Shown in pieces: positions 1-11,052 of a stretch of 64,000 bases of DNA. The stretch spans positions 34,917 to 98,916 of the forward strand of contig CAWIEK010000019.1 of NCBI GenBank assembly GCA_963835065.1, given 5' to 3'. The DNA is from an uncultured Chthonomonadaceae bacterium (GTDB lineage Bacteria; Armatimonadota; Chthonomonadetes; Chthonomonadales; Chthonomonadaceae). The notes beneath the pieces were generated by a model. The model made no database searches. It was not told where the DNA came from and saw nothing but the letters and a program-made list of their open reading frames with translations. Position 1 is the stretch's first letter, and each line of letters starts with the position of its first letter. The position numbers were made by a program, and so were the translations under genes.

Positions 1-1
1 G

Positions 2-787
2 GGGCAAATTCGCGCGTTGGGCGGGGGTGAATAGCTGGTTCGCGCCGTGATCGCGACCCGGCTGGGGCACGATCTGGAAACCCTGCCCGACCAGGAGTTC
101 TGGCAGTCCGTCATCCACTTTTTCGTCAACAATCCCATGCTGGACACGGACTGGATCGGCCCGATGGTGGATTTTATCTATGACCGCAAGTTTGTGCCGC
201 GCGAAGAAATAGGCCCGGACGGACAACTGACAATTTTGGAGCCGGCGGAGCCGACGTTCAGCATGAAGGGCCGCACAGCCGCGGCGTTGCAGTTTCGCGT
301 GGAAGCGTGGCATCGGCAGCTTGCGAAAGACACGCGCAAGGGTTTTCGGCAGTGGGAGCCGTCGGGCATCGGGGCTTATGCGGGGTCGGCTCCCGACCCG
401 AACACGGGCAAAGCGGTGCGCTGGCAGATCGTGGAACTGCTGGACAGCGCGGCCTTGAAAGCGGAGGGCAAAACCATGCACCACTGCGTCGCCTCGTATG
501 ACCGCTCGTGCGCGCGGGGGCAAACATCCATCTGGTCCATGCGGATTGCAGGCGCGACAGAAGAAACCTATCGCAACGTGATGACAATCGCCGTCAACAA
601 CGCTTCGCGCACAATAACGCAGGCAAAGGGACGGTGCAACAAAGGGCCGGGCGACAAACGCGCCGGTGACCGCCTGAACTATGCGCCCCTCCTCCTCAAA
701 CAATGGGCCGCGCAGGACAAACTACCGTGCCGAGTTATGTTTGACGGCGGTTTCTACCCTCATCAAAGAAGGAACCTATCCGCATGA
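2..787 (+). CDS. PcfJ domain-containing protein, 5'-truncated by the window edge
   Basis: Motif L..EG..MHHCVASY followed by SIWSM..TIAV..ITQAKGRCN is typical of PcfJ-like proteins. The frame continues upstream (GQIRALGG) past an in-frame TAG at 32-34. Confidence 0.75.
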
Positions 788-1575
788 AACGACGACGCGG
801 TTTGCTGTTGACGGCAGCGGTTGGGTTGACGCTGTGTACGGCATGTGGCGCATGGCTGACTGTGCAGCGACAGCAGTATGCCCGCAATCGCCAACTCATT
901 GACGCGCTGACGCATGGCGACACCCGAACCGCGCTTGCCCTCGTCAACGCGGGAGCCGACCCGAATACGCAGGCTGAGCCCGTTCCCCCGCCCTCGTTCA
1001 AACTCCTGCTGGATCAACTGCTCCGCCGCAAAAATTCTCCCGTCAATACCAGTCCCACCGCGTTCGTGTGCGCCTGCGGCTTGAATTGGAACCCGGCAAC
1101 CGGCGCGGAAATGGATTGGCTCACTCTAGATGAAGATTTGCCCCTGCTGCAAGCGATGCTGGCGCATGGCGCAAACGTTCACGCCACAACACTCGACAAC
1201 AACGCCCCGCTGCACTATGCCGTTGCCGAGGATCGGCGGCGCACGGTGGAACTGCTGTTAAAGCATGGCGCAAACCCCAATGCCCAAAACAGATGGGGCA
1301 AAACTCCGCTGATGTGGTCCGGCGCGAATATGACAATTGATGTGGCGCATATTCTGCTGGCGAACGGCGCAAACCCGAATATGCCGGATGCGAACGGAGA
1401 CACTGCTCTATATTGTGCCGTCGAATATGACAATGCTAAAATTATGATGCCCGAACTGCTGGCGCATGGAGCCGACCCCAACCGGCGCGACAAATACGGC
1501 TCAACCCCGCTCATCATGGCGCAGACGGCGAATCGCCCTGATCTCGTACGCCTGCTAAAGCGCAGCGCGAGGTAA
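784..1575 (+). CDS. Ankyrin repeat protein with N-terminal signal/membrane anchor
   Basis: Repeated GANPN/GADPN and TPL/TAL motifs; basic plus hydrophobic N-terminus. Confidence 0.9.
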   Translation: MKRRRGLLLTAAVGLTLCTACGAWLTVQRQQYARNRQLIDALTHGDTRTALALVNAGADPNTQAEPVPPPSFKLLLDQLLRRKNSPVNTSPTAFVCACGLNWNPATGAEMDWLTLDEDLPLLQAMLAHGANVHATTLDNNAPLHYAVAEDRRRTVELLLKHGANPNAQNRWGKTPLMWSGANMTIDVAHILLANGANPNMPDANGDTALYCAVEYDNAKIMMPELLAHGADPNRRDKYGSTPLIMAQTANRPDLVRLLKRSAR

Positions 1576-1747
1576 AAAGCAACCCCTTCCCTGCCCCATT
1601 CTGCGCGTGAAAAAGCCGCGAATTCGTTGAAGACAATTTGACACGATAAGCGTAAAACCTTGTTATCGGATTTGTCTCTCCCATACAGCGAATCAGGGCT
1701 GTTCCGCCGTTCCTGCGGCTGAGAACGCGAGTGCAGAGGAGACCCCA

Positions 1748-3775
1748 TTGATTGAACAACGCGGTTTGGATACGGATGCGCAGGACGCGCCGGAAATAGA
1801 AGCGGAGGAGCGGAAGCGGAAGCGGACGCCCTGCCCGAACATTTGCCGCTGCTCCATCGTCTGCGCCAGCGGCTTCTGGGCGAAGCGCTTTCCAGCGAAC
1901 ACATAGAGCATACGCTGCTTTCCAAGCTGATCGCGCTGCCAGTCTTTTCCTCAGACGCCATTTCTTCGGTCGCTTATGCCACGCAGGAGATCGTTCTGGT
2001 CATGGGCGCGGCGGGATTAGCGGCGGCGGCGGGCGGGGCGTATACCCATTACACGCTGCTCGTTTCCAGCCTGATTGTCGCCCTGCTTGTCATTGTCGTC
2101 ACCTCCTACTGGCAGACCATCTTCGCATATCCAAGCGGGGGCGGCAGCTACATCGTTTCCAAAGAAAATCTCGGCACGAACTGGAGCCTGATTGCGGCAG
2201 GGCGCGCTGCTGATTGATTATGTGCTGACCGTTTCCGTTTCCATCGCGTCGGGCGTTCAAAACCTTGCCGGCGTTCCCTTTTTGACGCGCTTTCACCCGG
2301 ACAAGCACCTGGTTCCCATCTGCCTGTTTTTCATCGTGCTGTTGATTATTGCCAACCTGCGCGGATTGAAGGAGTCGGGGTCGCTGTTCGCCGTTCCAAC
2401 GTATGTGTTTGTCGGCATGTGCTATCTGATGATCGGGCTGGGATTGTTCGGCGGGCTGATAAACTATCACAACCATCTGGAAGAAATCAACAACGTTGCC
2501 CGAAATATGCCGGAAGAATGGAAGAACGCGCAGCGCAATGTGGGCGCAGTCGGCGTATTGGTGCTGATGCGCGCGTTTGCCAACGGCTGTTCTGCCATGA
2601 CCGGAACCGAAGCCGTCAGCAACGGTATCCCCGCTTTTCAGGAACCCAAGTCCAAAAACGCCGCGCAAACCCTGCTGGCGATGGGCCTTATTTTGGGAAC
2701 GCTGTTTATGGGCGTTTCCCTGCTCGCCACCCATCTGCATGTCGTGTATTACGACGGCGCTCCGGCTGTGATTGACCAGCTTTCCGGCGCGGTGTTCGGC
2801 AAAACCGGCGGCATGAGCATTTTGTACCTGATTACGCAGTTCTTTACCGCCGCCATTCTGGTGCTTGCCGCCAATACCAGTTTCGCCGACTTTCCGCGCC
2901 TGTCGTCCATTCTGGCGCGCGACAGTTTCCTGCCCAAGCAGTTCCATAAATTAGGAGACCGCCTCGTTTTTAGCAACGGCATTATGATTTTGGGCGTATT
3001 CGCGGGTGTGCTGCTTGTGGTCAAGCGGGGCAATGTGGACGCGCTAATTCCCCTTTACGCAACGGGCGTGTTCACGGCCTTCACGCTGTCGCAGGCGGGC
3101 ATGGTGCATCACTGGCTCAAACTCAAGGCCGACCCGGAAGCGGGCAAGGGCTGGCAATGGCGCATGGCGGTCAATGGCCTGGGCGCGGCTGTCACCTTCA
3201 TCGTCTTGTGTACGATCCTGATTGAGAAGTTCCGGGAGGGCGCGTGGATCAGCGTCCTGCTGACGGGCCTGCTGTTTTTCATGTTCAAGAAAATCCATCA
3301 GCACTATACGGATGTGGTGGAAGAAGACAAACTTGTTGCGCCGGACCCCGACCCGCCCTCCCAAAACACCGTCTTGGTGCTGGTTGGAACGCTGCATCAG
3401 GGTTCGATACGCGCGCTGGAATATGGCAAACTGCTGGCTCCCGATTGCCGCGCCGTGCATGTGGACACGGAACCCGAAGCGAGTAAAAAACTTCAGGAGC
3501 AGTGGCCGACATTGGGGCAGGGCATGCCGCTCGTGATTCTGCCCTCGCCCTACCGTCAGGTGGCGCGGCCCGTGAAGCGCTACGTGACCCAGGTTCACAA
3601 AGAACATGACAACGATTACGTGACCCTCATCATTCCCGAAGCCGTGACCGAAAAAGGCTGGCAGCAGCTTCTGCACGGGCAAATCGGCCTGCGCCTGAAG
3701 CTGGCGTTCCTGAACCGCTCGGACGTAATCATTTCCAACGTGCGTTACCGTCTACAGCCGCCCCGCAAAAGGTGA
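1748..3775 (+). CDS. APC-family permease, KimA/YdaO-like K+ transporter (frameshifts near 1808 and 2200)
   Basis: SSDAISSVAYA, YPSGGGSYIVSKENLG, GCSAMTGTEAVSNG, AANTSFADFPRL and C-terminal SPYR motifs. TTG start after a GAGGAG RBS; pieces lie in three frames. Confidence 0.85.
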
Positions 3776-3797
3776 CAGCCCATGCCTTCATAGAATA

Positions 3798-3865
3798 GAC
3801 CTCTTTCATAAGTCTGTTGGATGCGATAAGGCTTGCCGCGCTTGCAAGGACTTATGAAAGAGGCC
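3798..3865. mobile_element. MITE-like element with 17-bp terminal inverted repeats (copy 1)
   Basis: GACCTCTTTCATAAGTC ... GACTTATGAAAGAGGCC; the same ends and near-identical length recur at 63665-63731. Confidence 0.6.
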
Positions 3866-3957
3866 CAATATAGCAGTTGTCTGTCATGTGCTGCCGCTCA
3901 TCCATCCTTGCTGTCAGGGTATACTACGTTTATTACAGGCAGGTGAGGAGAACGAGA

Positions 3958-4194
3958 ATGGCAGGGACAACGGTTGAAGAACGCTTGGCGACAGTAGAAC
4001 AAGAACTTGCGCGGCTCAAACAGCAGTTGGCGACGGACAAACCACAAACGGCAACACCCTGGTGGAAGAAAATCGTCGGCGTCTATAAGAATGACCCGGA
4101 GTTCGACGCGGCAGAGCGGCTTGGGCGGGAGTACCGCGAGGCGTTGCGCCCACAAGAGGATGAGGAATCGGGTTATGTGGAAGAAATATTGTGA
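3958..4194 (+). CDS. Small coiled-coil protein, probable antitoxin of a VapBC pair
   Basis: VEERLATVEQELARLK..PWWKKIVG..DPEFD..RLGREYR with a GAGGAG RBS, directly upstream of a VapC tail. The 3' end runs into the C-free tract. Confidence 0.65.
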   Translation: MAGTTVEERLATVEQELARLKQQLATDKPQTATPWWKKIVGVYKNDPEFDAAERLGREYREALRPQEDEESGYVEEIL

Positions 4195-4426
4195 ATGTGA
4201 TAATGTAAATTAGTTTATATTGTAAATGAGATTAGAATAAGTTGTGTGTGAAGAATTTGTTATTAATATAGAAAATGTAAGGAGTAAATGAGTGGATGGT
4301 TGGGTGAGAGGGTAAGAGAATAGTAGGAATAGATGTGAGGATATGGTGGTGAAGGAATAGAAAATTTGGGTATTAAATATAAATTAGATGAAAGGGAGGA
4401 TGAAGTAAGGAAGGAAAAAGAAGAAA

Positions 4427-4540
4427 ATGGACTTGAAAATAGCCGCCATTACCCTCGCCAACAACGCCACCCTCCTCACTCGCAATCTCGCTGACTTCAA
4501 TAAAGTTCCCGGCCTCAAGGCCGAAGACTGGTCTGCCTGA
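4427..4540 (+). pseudogene. vapC: C-terminal part of a PIN-domain VapC toxin
   Basis: Hand translation [37 protein letters not shown]. The N-terminal part is obscured by the tract at 4170-4431. Confidence 0.8.
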
Positions 4541-4661
4541 CGCAAACTCGAAACTGCCGGATGTGAGCGAGATATAGATATGTATTGGTCTGGTGATGTA
4601 ATGTGGCAGTTCACCCTTGCGCCATTTGCTGTAACGGCTTCAGAAACATAGAAAGGCTGCC

Positions 4662-5345
4662 ATGACACGGAAGAAACAGACACGCGGGCGCTGCGCGTAC
4701 TGTCAGCGCGAAATGACGCGGGGAGGCATGTCGCGCCATCTGCCGGAATGTGCCGCGCGACAGCAGGCCATTGCCACTGCGGAAAGCGGAAAAGGCCGAA
4801 CGCAACCGCTTTATCATCTTCAGGTGCAGGATGCGTGGGGCGGCGAGTATTGGCTGCACCTGGAAATGAACGGCCTGGCCCGATTGCAGCAGTTGGACAG
4901 TTACCTGCGCGCCATCTGGCTGGAGTGCTGCGGCCATCTCAGTGCATTCTACCAGGATAAGCGCTATGGCGGCGAAGTTGCTATGACGAAAACGGCGGAA
5001 ACCGTTCTGCGCCCCGATATGCAGTTGGTGCACATCTACGATTTCGGCACGTCCTCGGAAACCGTTATCAAGGTCGTGGGCATGCGCAAGGGCAAGCCGA
5101 CAACCCCGCATCCGATTGCGCTGATGGCGCGTAACGACACGCCGGAAGCCGCCTGCATGGAGTGCGGCAAACCCGCAACGCGGCAGTGCATCGAGTGCCT
5201 GTACGAAACGGAGGATTCGGGCGAGTTGTGCGACGAACACGCGGAAGAACACCCACATGACAATTACGGCGAACCCGTTCCCCTGGTAAACTCGCCGCGC
5301 ATGGGCATGTGCGGCTACGATGGCCCTGCCGAGCCGCCCTACTGA
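4662..5345 (+). CDS. Cys-rich hypothetical protein, pRiA4b ORF3-like core with putative zinc-binding motifs
   Basis: Several CxxC pairs, WLECCGHLSAF, YDFGTS and NSPRMGMCGY. Confidence 0.6.
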   Translation: MTRKKQTRGRCAYCQREMTRGGMSRHLPECAARQQAIATAESGKGRTQPLYHLQVQDAWGGEYWLHLEMNGLARLQQLDSYLRAIWLECCGHLSAFYQDKRYGGEVAMTKTAETVLRPDMQLVHIYDFGTSSETVIKVVGMRKGKPTTPHPIALMARNDTPEAACMECGKPATRQCIECLYETEDSGELCDEHAEEHPHDNYGEPVPLVNSPRMGMCGYDGPAEPPY

Positions 5346-5385
5346 CGGCTTTCTTTTTCTGGTTCTGAATGGAGAAACCAAATTG

Positions 5386-7100
5386 ATGTATCGCCCGTTG
5401 CGCGTCCTGCGCTGTGCCTCCTTCCTGCACACCGTAAATCGCGCTGCTGCTTTCCGATTGTGCTTACTGTTGGTTCTGACGGTGTTTACAGCCGCCGCCA
5501 ATGCGCAGCGAAACCGACAGGGAAACGCGCCGCCCGGTTCCGCTCCCGGCGCGAACCCGGCGGCGTCCATAACCCTGACGCCTGCGCCGAATTCTGCGCC
5601 CATCAGAGAAGCCGCGCCGCCGGTTGACACGCGGCATGAAATCACAGTTCACGGGATCGCCGCTCCCTTACATCGTCACGACGGGCATGATGCCGCTGAA
5701 GGGCGCGACGGGCGAAACCGAAGCCAACGTGTTCTTTGTCGCCTATCATCGCACGGACGGCAAGAGCAATGACGCCGATCCTCACCGCCCGCTTGTATTC
5801 GCGTTCAATGGCGGGCCGGGATCGGCGTCCGTTTGGCTGCACCTGGGCGCAATCGGACCGAAACGGGTGCAGATGCTGCCGGATGGCGGCCTGCCGCCCC
5901 CGCCCTATCATCTTGTGGACAACGAGCAGACGTGGCTGGATCAGGCGGATCTGGTCTTTCTCGACCCGGTCGGAACCGGCTACAGCCGCCCGACAAAACC
6001 GGAATACGGCGCGAAGTTCTGGGGCTTGCAGGGGGATATTGCGGCTGCGGGCGATTTTATCCGCCTGTACCTGACCCGCTACAAGCGCTGGTCTTCGCCC
6101 CTGTTTCTGGCCGGGGAAAGCTACGGCACGACGCGGGCGGCGGGACTGTCCAACTACCTTGTGGAACATGGTATCGCCCTCAACGGCATCGCCCTGCTCA
6201 GTTCCGTGCTGAATTTCCAGACGCTGGAGTTCCGTCCGGGCAACGATCTGCCCTACATGCTGTTCCTGCCGACCTATACCGCCACCGCCTGGTATCACCA
6301 CAAACTGCCCGACGCGCTGCAAAAAGACCTGAATTCCACGCTGAAAGAAGCGGAAAATTGGGCGCAAACCGATTACGCGAACGCGCTGGCGCAGGGAGAC
6401 CGCCTGACCGGGGCGCAGCGGCAGGCCGTGATTGACAAAATGGCGCGATACACGGGATTGTCGAAAACCTATCTGGACAACAGCGACCTGCGCGTGGACA
6501 TCGAGAGTTTTTGCAAGGAATTGCTGCGGGACCGCAAACGCTCCGTAGGCCGCCTGGACAGCCGCTTTGTCGGGCTTGACTCGTCCAACGTTTCGCAGAC
6601 GCCCGACTTCGATCCGAGCCAGTCCGCCATACGCCCTCCGTATACCGCGATGATGAATATGTATGCGCGGGAAGAACTGAACTTTGAGTTCGGACGAGGA
6701 GTATTACGTGCTGGGAGGAGGCATCAAAACGCCGTGGGATTGGGGCACACGGGGGCAGGGGTTTGCGAACGTCAGCGAATCTCTGCGCAGCGCGTTTGCC
6801 AAAAACCCGTACATGAAACTGTTCGTGGCGGAAGGGTATTACGACCTGGCAACGCCGTACTTTGCCGCGCAGTACACTGTCGCGCATCTGGGACTCGACC
6901 CTACCCTGCGCGCCAACATCACCACAGGCCAGTATGCGGCAGGCCACATGATGTACATTGATACGGCTTCCCTGGCGAAACTGAAATCGGACGTGTCGCA
7001 ATTCCTGCAAAGCGCGATTCAACCGTCCGGGGCAGCCCGCAATCCGCCGTCGTTGGCAGTGTCAGTAACCGCAAATCGCCGTAAAGCCGAATTGAGTTAG
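5386..7100 (+). CDS. Secreted S10 serine carboxypeptidase (frameshifts near 5655 and 6690)
   Basis: FNGGPGSAS, DPVGTGYS, GESYG nucleophile, GYYDLATP and AGHMMY across three frames; signal-like N-terminus. Confidence 0.9.
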
Positions 7101-7300
7101 CCGCAAATACACGCAAATAGACGCGAATACACACGAACCGCAAAGGGGCAAAGGGAACAAAGAGAAACCGCAAAGACTAGGGAACCGCGAAAAACGCGAA
7201 CCAAAACGAAAAAGGATATAAAGGAAAACAGAAGACAGATTTTGCCTCCGGTTCTTTCAGGTTCTTTTCGTTTGTTTCGCGTTTTTCGCGGTTTAACCGT
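7100..7300. repeat. Purine-rich/pyrimidine-rich imperfect palindrome between convergent genes
   Basis: AACCGCGAAAAACGCGAA ... TTCGCGTTTTTCGCGGTT; related to 43862-44168. Confidence 0.65.
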
Positions 7301-7308
7301 ATACGCGT

Positions 7309-7748
7309 TTATTCTTTCGTGAAGTTCAGGCTTTCGGAGTTGATGCAGTAGCGTAATCCCGTTGGCTTGGGGCCGTCGTTGAAGACGTGGCCGAGATGCC
7401 CGCCGCACCGGCTGCACAGCACTTCGATGCGCCTCATGCCGTGACTGTTATCTTCGCGCGCCGTCACTTTGCCGCTGTCCATCGCTCGTAAAAGCTGGGC
7501 CAGCCACAGCCTGAATCGAACTTGGCGCTGGCCGTAAACAACTCCTGCCCGCACCCGGCGCACACATACGTGCCGTCTTCTTTGGCGTTCCAGTACCGGC
7601 CTGTAAACGCCCGCTCCGTGCCCGCCTGCCGCAAAACGTGGTACTGTTCCGGCGTCAGTTGCTCCCGCCACTCCGCATCCGTTTTCACTACCTTATCCGT
7701 TGCGTTCGCCGCGCTGCCCGTTGTCGCTGTGGTTGTTTCCTCGGTCAT
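7309..7748 (-). CDS. msrB: Peptide-methionine (R)-S-oxide reductase (frameshift near 7490)
   Basis: [40 protein letters not shown]. Confidence 0.95.
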
Positions 7749-8006
7749 GTTGTTGCTTTCCTATCCTTCTGTCCTTATCTGGCAGTCTTTAGGAGTTTGC
7801 AAATCTATAACTTCCCGCCACATGGGGCGCAGCAAGCAACGCCCCTACCTATATTCGGGAACTTGTAGAAGTCTGTGCGCCCTGAAATCATCGTTACGAG
7901 GCGCTTCCTGCTTATTGATACCGCGCTGAGGCCGGCACAGTTCCGCTCAAGGTTGTGTGGCGGATTGACAGAACAAGGAAAACGGGGTACGCTCCACTCC
8001 AATACA

Positions 8007-9693
8007 ATGATGAATACCTTAAAACCTCTTGCCGCTGATGCGGCCAACCAAAAACTGCGCGGCGGCTATTACACGCCCCCTGCCATTGCCCGCTTTCTGG
8101 CGCGGTGGGCGATACGGCAGGCCGGAGAAGAGGCGCTGGAACCCACCTGTGGAGATGGCGGGCTGTTGCTGGCGGCAGCGCAGCGCCTGATGGAGTTGGG
8201 GGCGACTCCTCATGCGGTCAGCCGACAACTTCATGCCGTCGAGTTGTACCGCTCCGAAGCGGCGCAATCGCAGGCTCGCCTTGCCGAATGTGGTATTCCC
8301 TCTGAGGATGTAATTGAGGTTGGTGACTTCTTTTCTTTCGATGATCAGGAGTGGGGCATCATCGGGCGCAAGGTAGACGTTGTTATCGGCAATCCGCCGT
8401 TCCTACGCTATCACAGTTTCCCCGAAGAGCAGCGTCAGCGCGCGTTCCGCATTATGCAGACAGCCGGCCTGAATCCTTCCCGTCTGACAAACTCGTGGGT
8501 TCCGTTTTTAGTCGCTGCCAGTCTGCGCCTGCGGGAAACCGGGCGGCTTGCCATGATCGTCCCGGCGGAATTGCTGCAAGTCAAGTATGCGGAAGAGACG
8601 CGGGCTTTTTTAGCGCGGCATTTCGGCGCAATCACCGTCGTTACCTTTCGCCGCCTCGTGTTCGCAGACATTCAGCAGGAAGTGGTTTTACTGCTCGCCG
8701 AAAAAACAACCGGAGATTGCGCGCGGCATTGACATCGTGGAACTGGAAGACGCGGCGGAACTTGAAAGTTTTGGGGCAGAATTACGGGACAAGCAGCATC
8801 TTAAAACCATAGATCAGGCAAGTGAAAAATGGACGCAGTATTACCTTGATCCTAAAGAAATCGCTCTACTGCGCAAATTGAAGCAGGATGTACGTCTGAC
8901 GCGATTGGGACAACTGGGTTGCGTGGATGTCGGCGTCGTCACCGGCAATAACAGTTTTTTTGTGTTAAGCGAGGAGCAGGTACAGCAGCAGCAGTTGATG
9001 GAGTGGACACTGCCGCTCGTGGGACGAACCGCGCAACTGCCCGGCTTGGCGCTCGGCAAAACGGAATGGCTTGCCAATCGGGACGGAGGAGCGGGCTGTC
9101 ACCTACTCAATCTGCCCGCCATGCCCTTCGAGGCATTGTCGCCGCAGGCGCAGGCGTATGTTCGCAGCGGGGAGAAGGCGGAGGCTCACATCGGCTTCAA
9201 ATGCCGCAACCGCAAACTCTGGTACGTGGCTCCGTCTTTGTGGTCGCCCGACGCCTTTTTGTTTCGCCAGATACACGCTTATCCAAAAATTGTTGTCAAC
9301 GGCGCAGGGGCCACGTCTACGGATACCGTTCACCGGGTTCGCTTGAACCAGCCTCAGCACGGCGCTTTGATCGCTTCTACGTTTTTGAACGCGCTCACCT
9401 TCGCGTTTGCGGAAGTAACCGGGCGCAGTTACGGCGGGGGAGTTCTGGAACTGGAGCCGAACGAGGCCGAACTGCTGCCCGTTCCCTTTTTCGCCGACGC
9501 GGTTCTGGACTTTGAAACGCTTGACCGGCTGGAGCGAGCCGGCGACATAGAAGCCATTCTGAACATTACAGACGATACGCTGCTGCGCGGTAAATTGGGA
9601 TTGCCGGAAGCGGATATACGCGCCCTGCGCGCAATCTGGCGCAAGCTGTCCGGGCGGCGCATCGGACGCAAAACAAAGGCGGCGCGGAAGTAG
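8007..9693 (+). CDS. Type II amino (N6-adenine-type) DNA methyltransferase, gamma order (frameshift near 8710)
   Basis: GGYYTP, motif I EPTCGDG, motif IV GNPPF, C-terminal GRSYGGGVLELEP. Confidence 0.88.
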
Positions 9694-9711
9694 ACCCGCA
9701 GAAGTAAACTC

Positions 9712-10443
9712 ATGCCTAAACTTAATCCTATGCCGCCCATTGTAGTTTCGCAGGCCGAACTCGCGCAGATAGGTCAAATCTGGACAAGCAGCGGGGGCAG
9801 ACTGGACGCCGTTTCCGCAAACAGACTGACGCAATTGTTCGTTGAGGCTGTTGGCAACGCGATGGCAATTATGTTGGGCAATATACCTGTCGTGAGGCCC
9901 AACGCAAACGCCCTAGCCAGCGCGCAGCCCGACTGCGTAGAAGTGGGACCGGTGCGGATCATCGGCGGCGTTCGTCCACAAAACTTTGACGTCGGGTATC
10001 GTCCTGACGGCATACGGTTCGCGCTCGATCACAAGACGCTCAACGACAAGCAAAGCGTGGGCAAGAACTGGCAGAACATGATCAACGACCTTGCGACGGA
10101 AGCGACAACCGTTCACAGCCGCTTTCCTCATGCCATCGTCGCGTTTGTCGTGGCGATCCCTGCTCCCTGCTTTACCGATACGACTGCTTCCACAGCGGCA
10201 AAGGCGGCGGCAAGAAGATCGGCTCTTATTGAGACGCTGGAACGACTTGCCCGCCGCACTAATGTAGAAGCGCCGGACTACATGGCGGAAGAAATTGCGC
10301 TCGTATTATGGAATCCTGCTGACGGCAGCATAGACCCGAATTTTCCCGATCCATCCTCACCTCTCCGCATTGAAAGGTTCTCCGAGCAGGTAGAGGCCGT
10401 GTACCGAAACCGCTACAAGGGCTTGCCTCCCCACGCCGAGTAG
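9712..10443 (+). CDS. Putative type II restriction endonuclease, PD-(D/E)xK fold
   Basis: NFDVGY..ALDHKTLN..GKNWQNMINDL; 18 bp downstream of the MTase. Confidence 0.65.
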   Translation: MPKLNPMPPIVVSQAELAQIGQIWTSSGGRLDAVSANRLTQLFVEAVGNAMAIMLGNIPVVRPNANALASAQPDCVEVGPVRIIGGVRPQNFDVGYRPDGIRFALDHKTLNDKQSVGKNWQNMINDLATEATTVHSRFPHAIVAFVVAIPAPCFTDTTASTAAKAAARRSALIETLERLARRTNVEAPDYMAEEIALVLWNPADGSIDPNFPDPSSPLRIERFSEQVEAVYRNRYKGLPPHAE

Positions 10444-10485
10444 TAAAACGCCGAACACCGAACACCTGAATACCGAATACCGTGT

Positions 10486-10923
10486 TCAGCGTGTGGATTC
10501 TTCCTCGCCGCGCAGCAGCCAGTAGTAATGGTGGTATTTGCGGACGCGCTCCACGTCTTTTTCGGTCAGGCTGCGGATGCGGCGGGTGTCCATGTTGTCC
10601 TGCAAATCCGCCAGTTTGACGTTGCGGGAGATGGGGTTGGATTGGGCACGGGCAATGAAGGCTTCATACGACTCGCCTGCCCGCCCGGTAACGCCATCCA
10701 ATGCGGCAAGAACTGTTTCGGAAAAGCCTTCCGCGCGCAGCATTTCCAGCGTCCACGGTGTATCTTCCACCACGTCATGCAGCACGGCGACGATTTTTTC
10801 CTCGTCCGTGCCCATCTGCTGCATCATGCGCAGGGGATGCAGAATATAGGGCGCTCCCGCCTTATCGAATTGTTCCTGATGCGCGGTTGCGGCTATGGCA
10901 ATGGCGCGGGCAAGGGTGGACAT
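10486..10923 (-). CDS. HD-domain protein, small alarmone hydrolase (Mesh1/SpoT HD)-like
   Basis: AH..Q.DKAGAPYILHP, LHDVVEDT, VKLADLQDN. Confidence 0.85.
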   Translation of the reverse strand: MSTLARAIAIAATAHQEQFDKAGAPYILHPLRMMQQMGTDEEKIVAVLHDVVEDTPWTLEMLRAEGFSETVLAALDGVTGRAGESYEAFIARAQSNPISRNVKLADLQDNMDTRRIRSLTEKDVERVRKYHHYYWLLRGEEESTR

Positions 10924-10932
10924 GGCAAACTC

Positions 10933-11052
10933 CAGGGGTCAGGGGTCAGGATTCAGGGGTCAGGCAATCTACTGTCTCCCTTGCCTTCTACTGGTATCAG
11001 CATCAGGAGAAAGTAAGGTACGCTCCAGCCTGACCCCTGAATCCTGACCCCT
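10933..11052. repeat. Heptamer-armed palindrome (CAGGGGT)n ... (CCTGACC)n
   Basis: Tandem heptamers facing their reverse complement in the intergenic gap. Confidence 0.8.

Noticed and set aside
32..34. Pyrrolysine or amber readthrough in the PcfJ gene
   Set aside because: A single TAG in an error-prone assembly, with no supporting context.
1680..1750. c-di-AMP (ydaO) riboswitch upstream of the KimA-like permease
   Set aside because: Only loose GCGAATC and GAGACCC fragments; the 3' half of the aptamer is absent and GAGGAG serves as the RBS.
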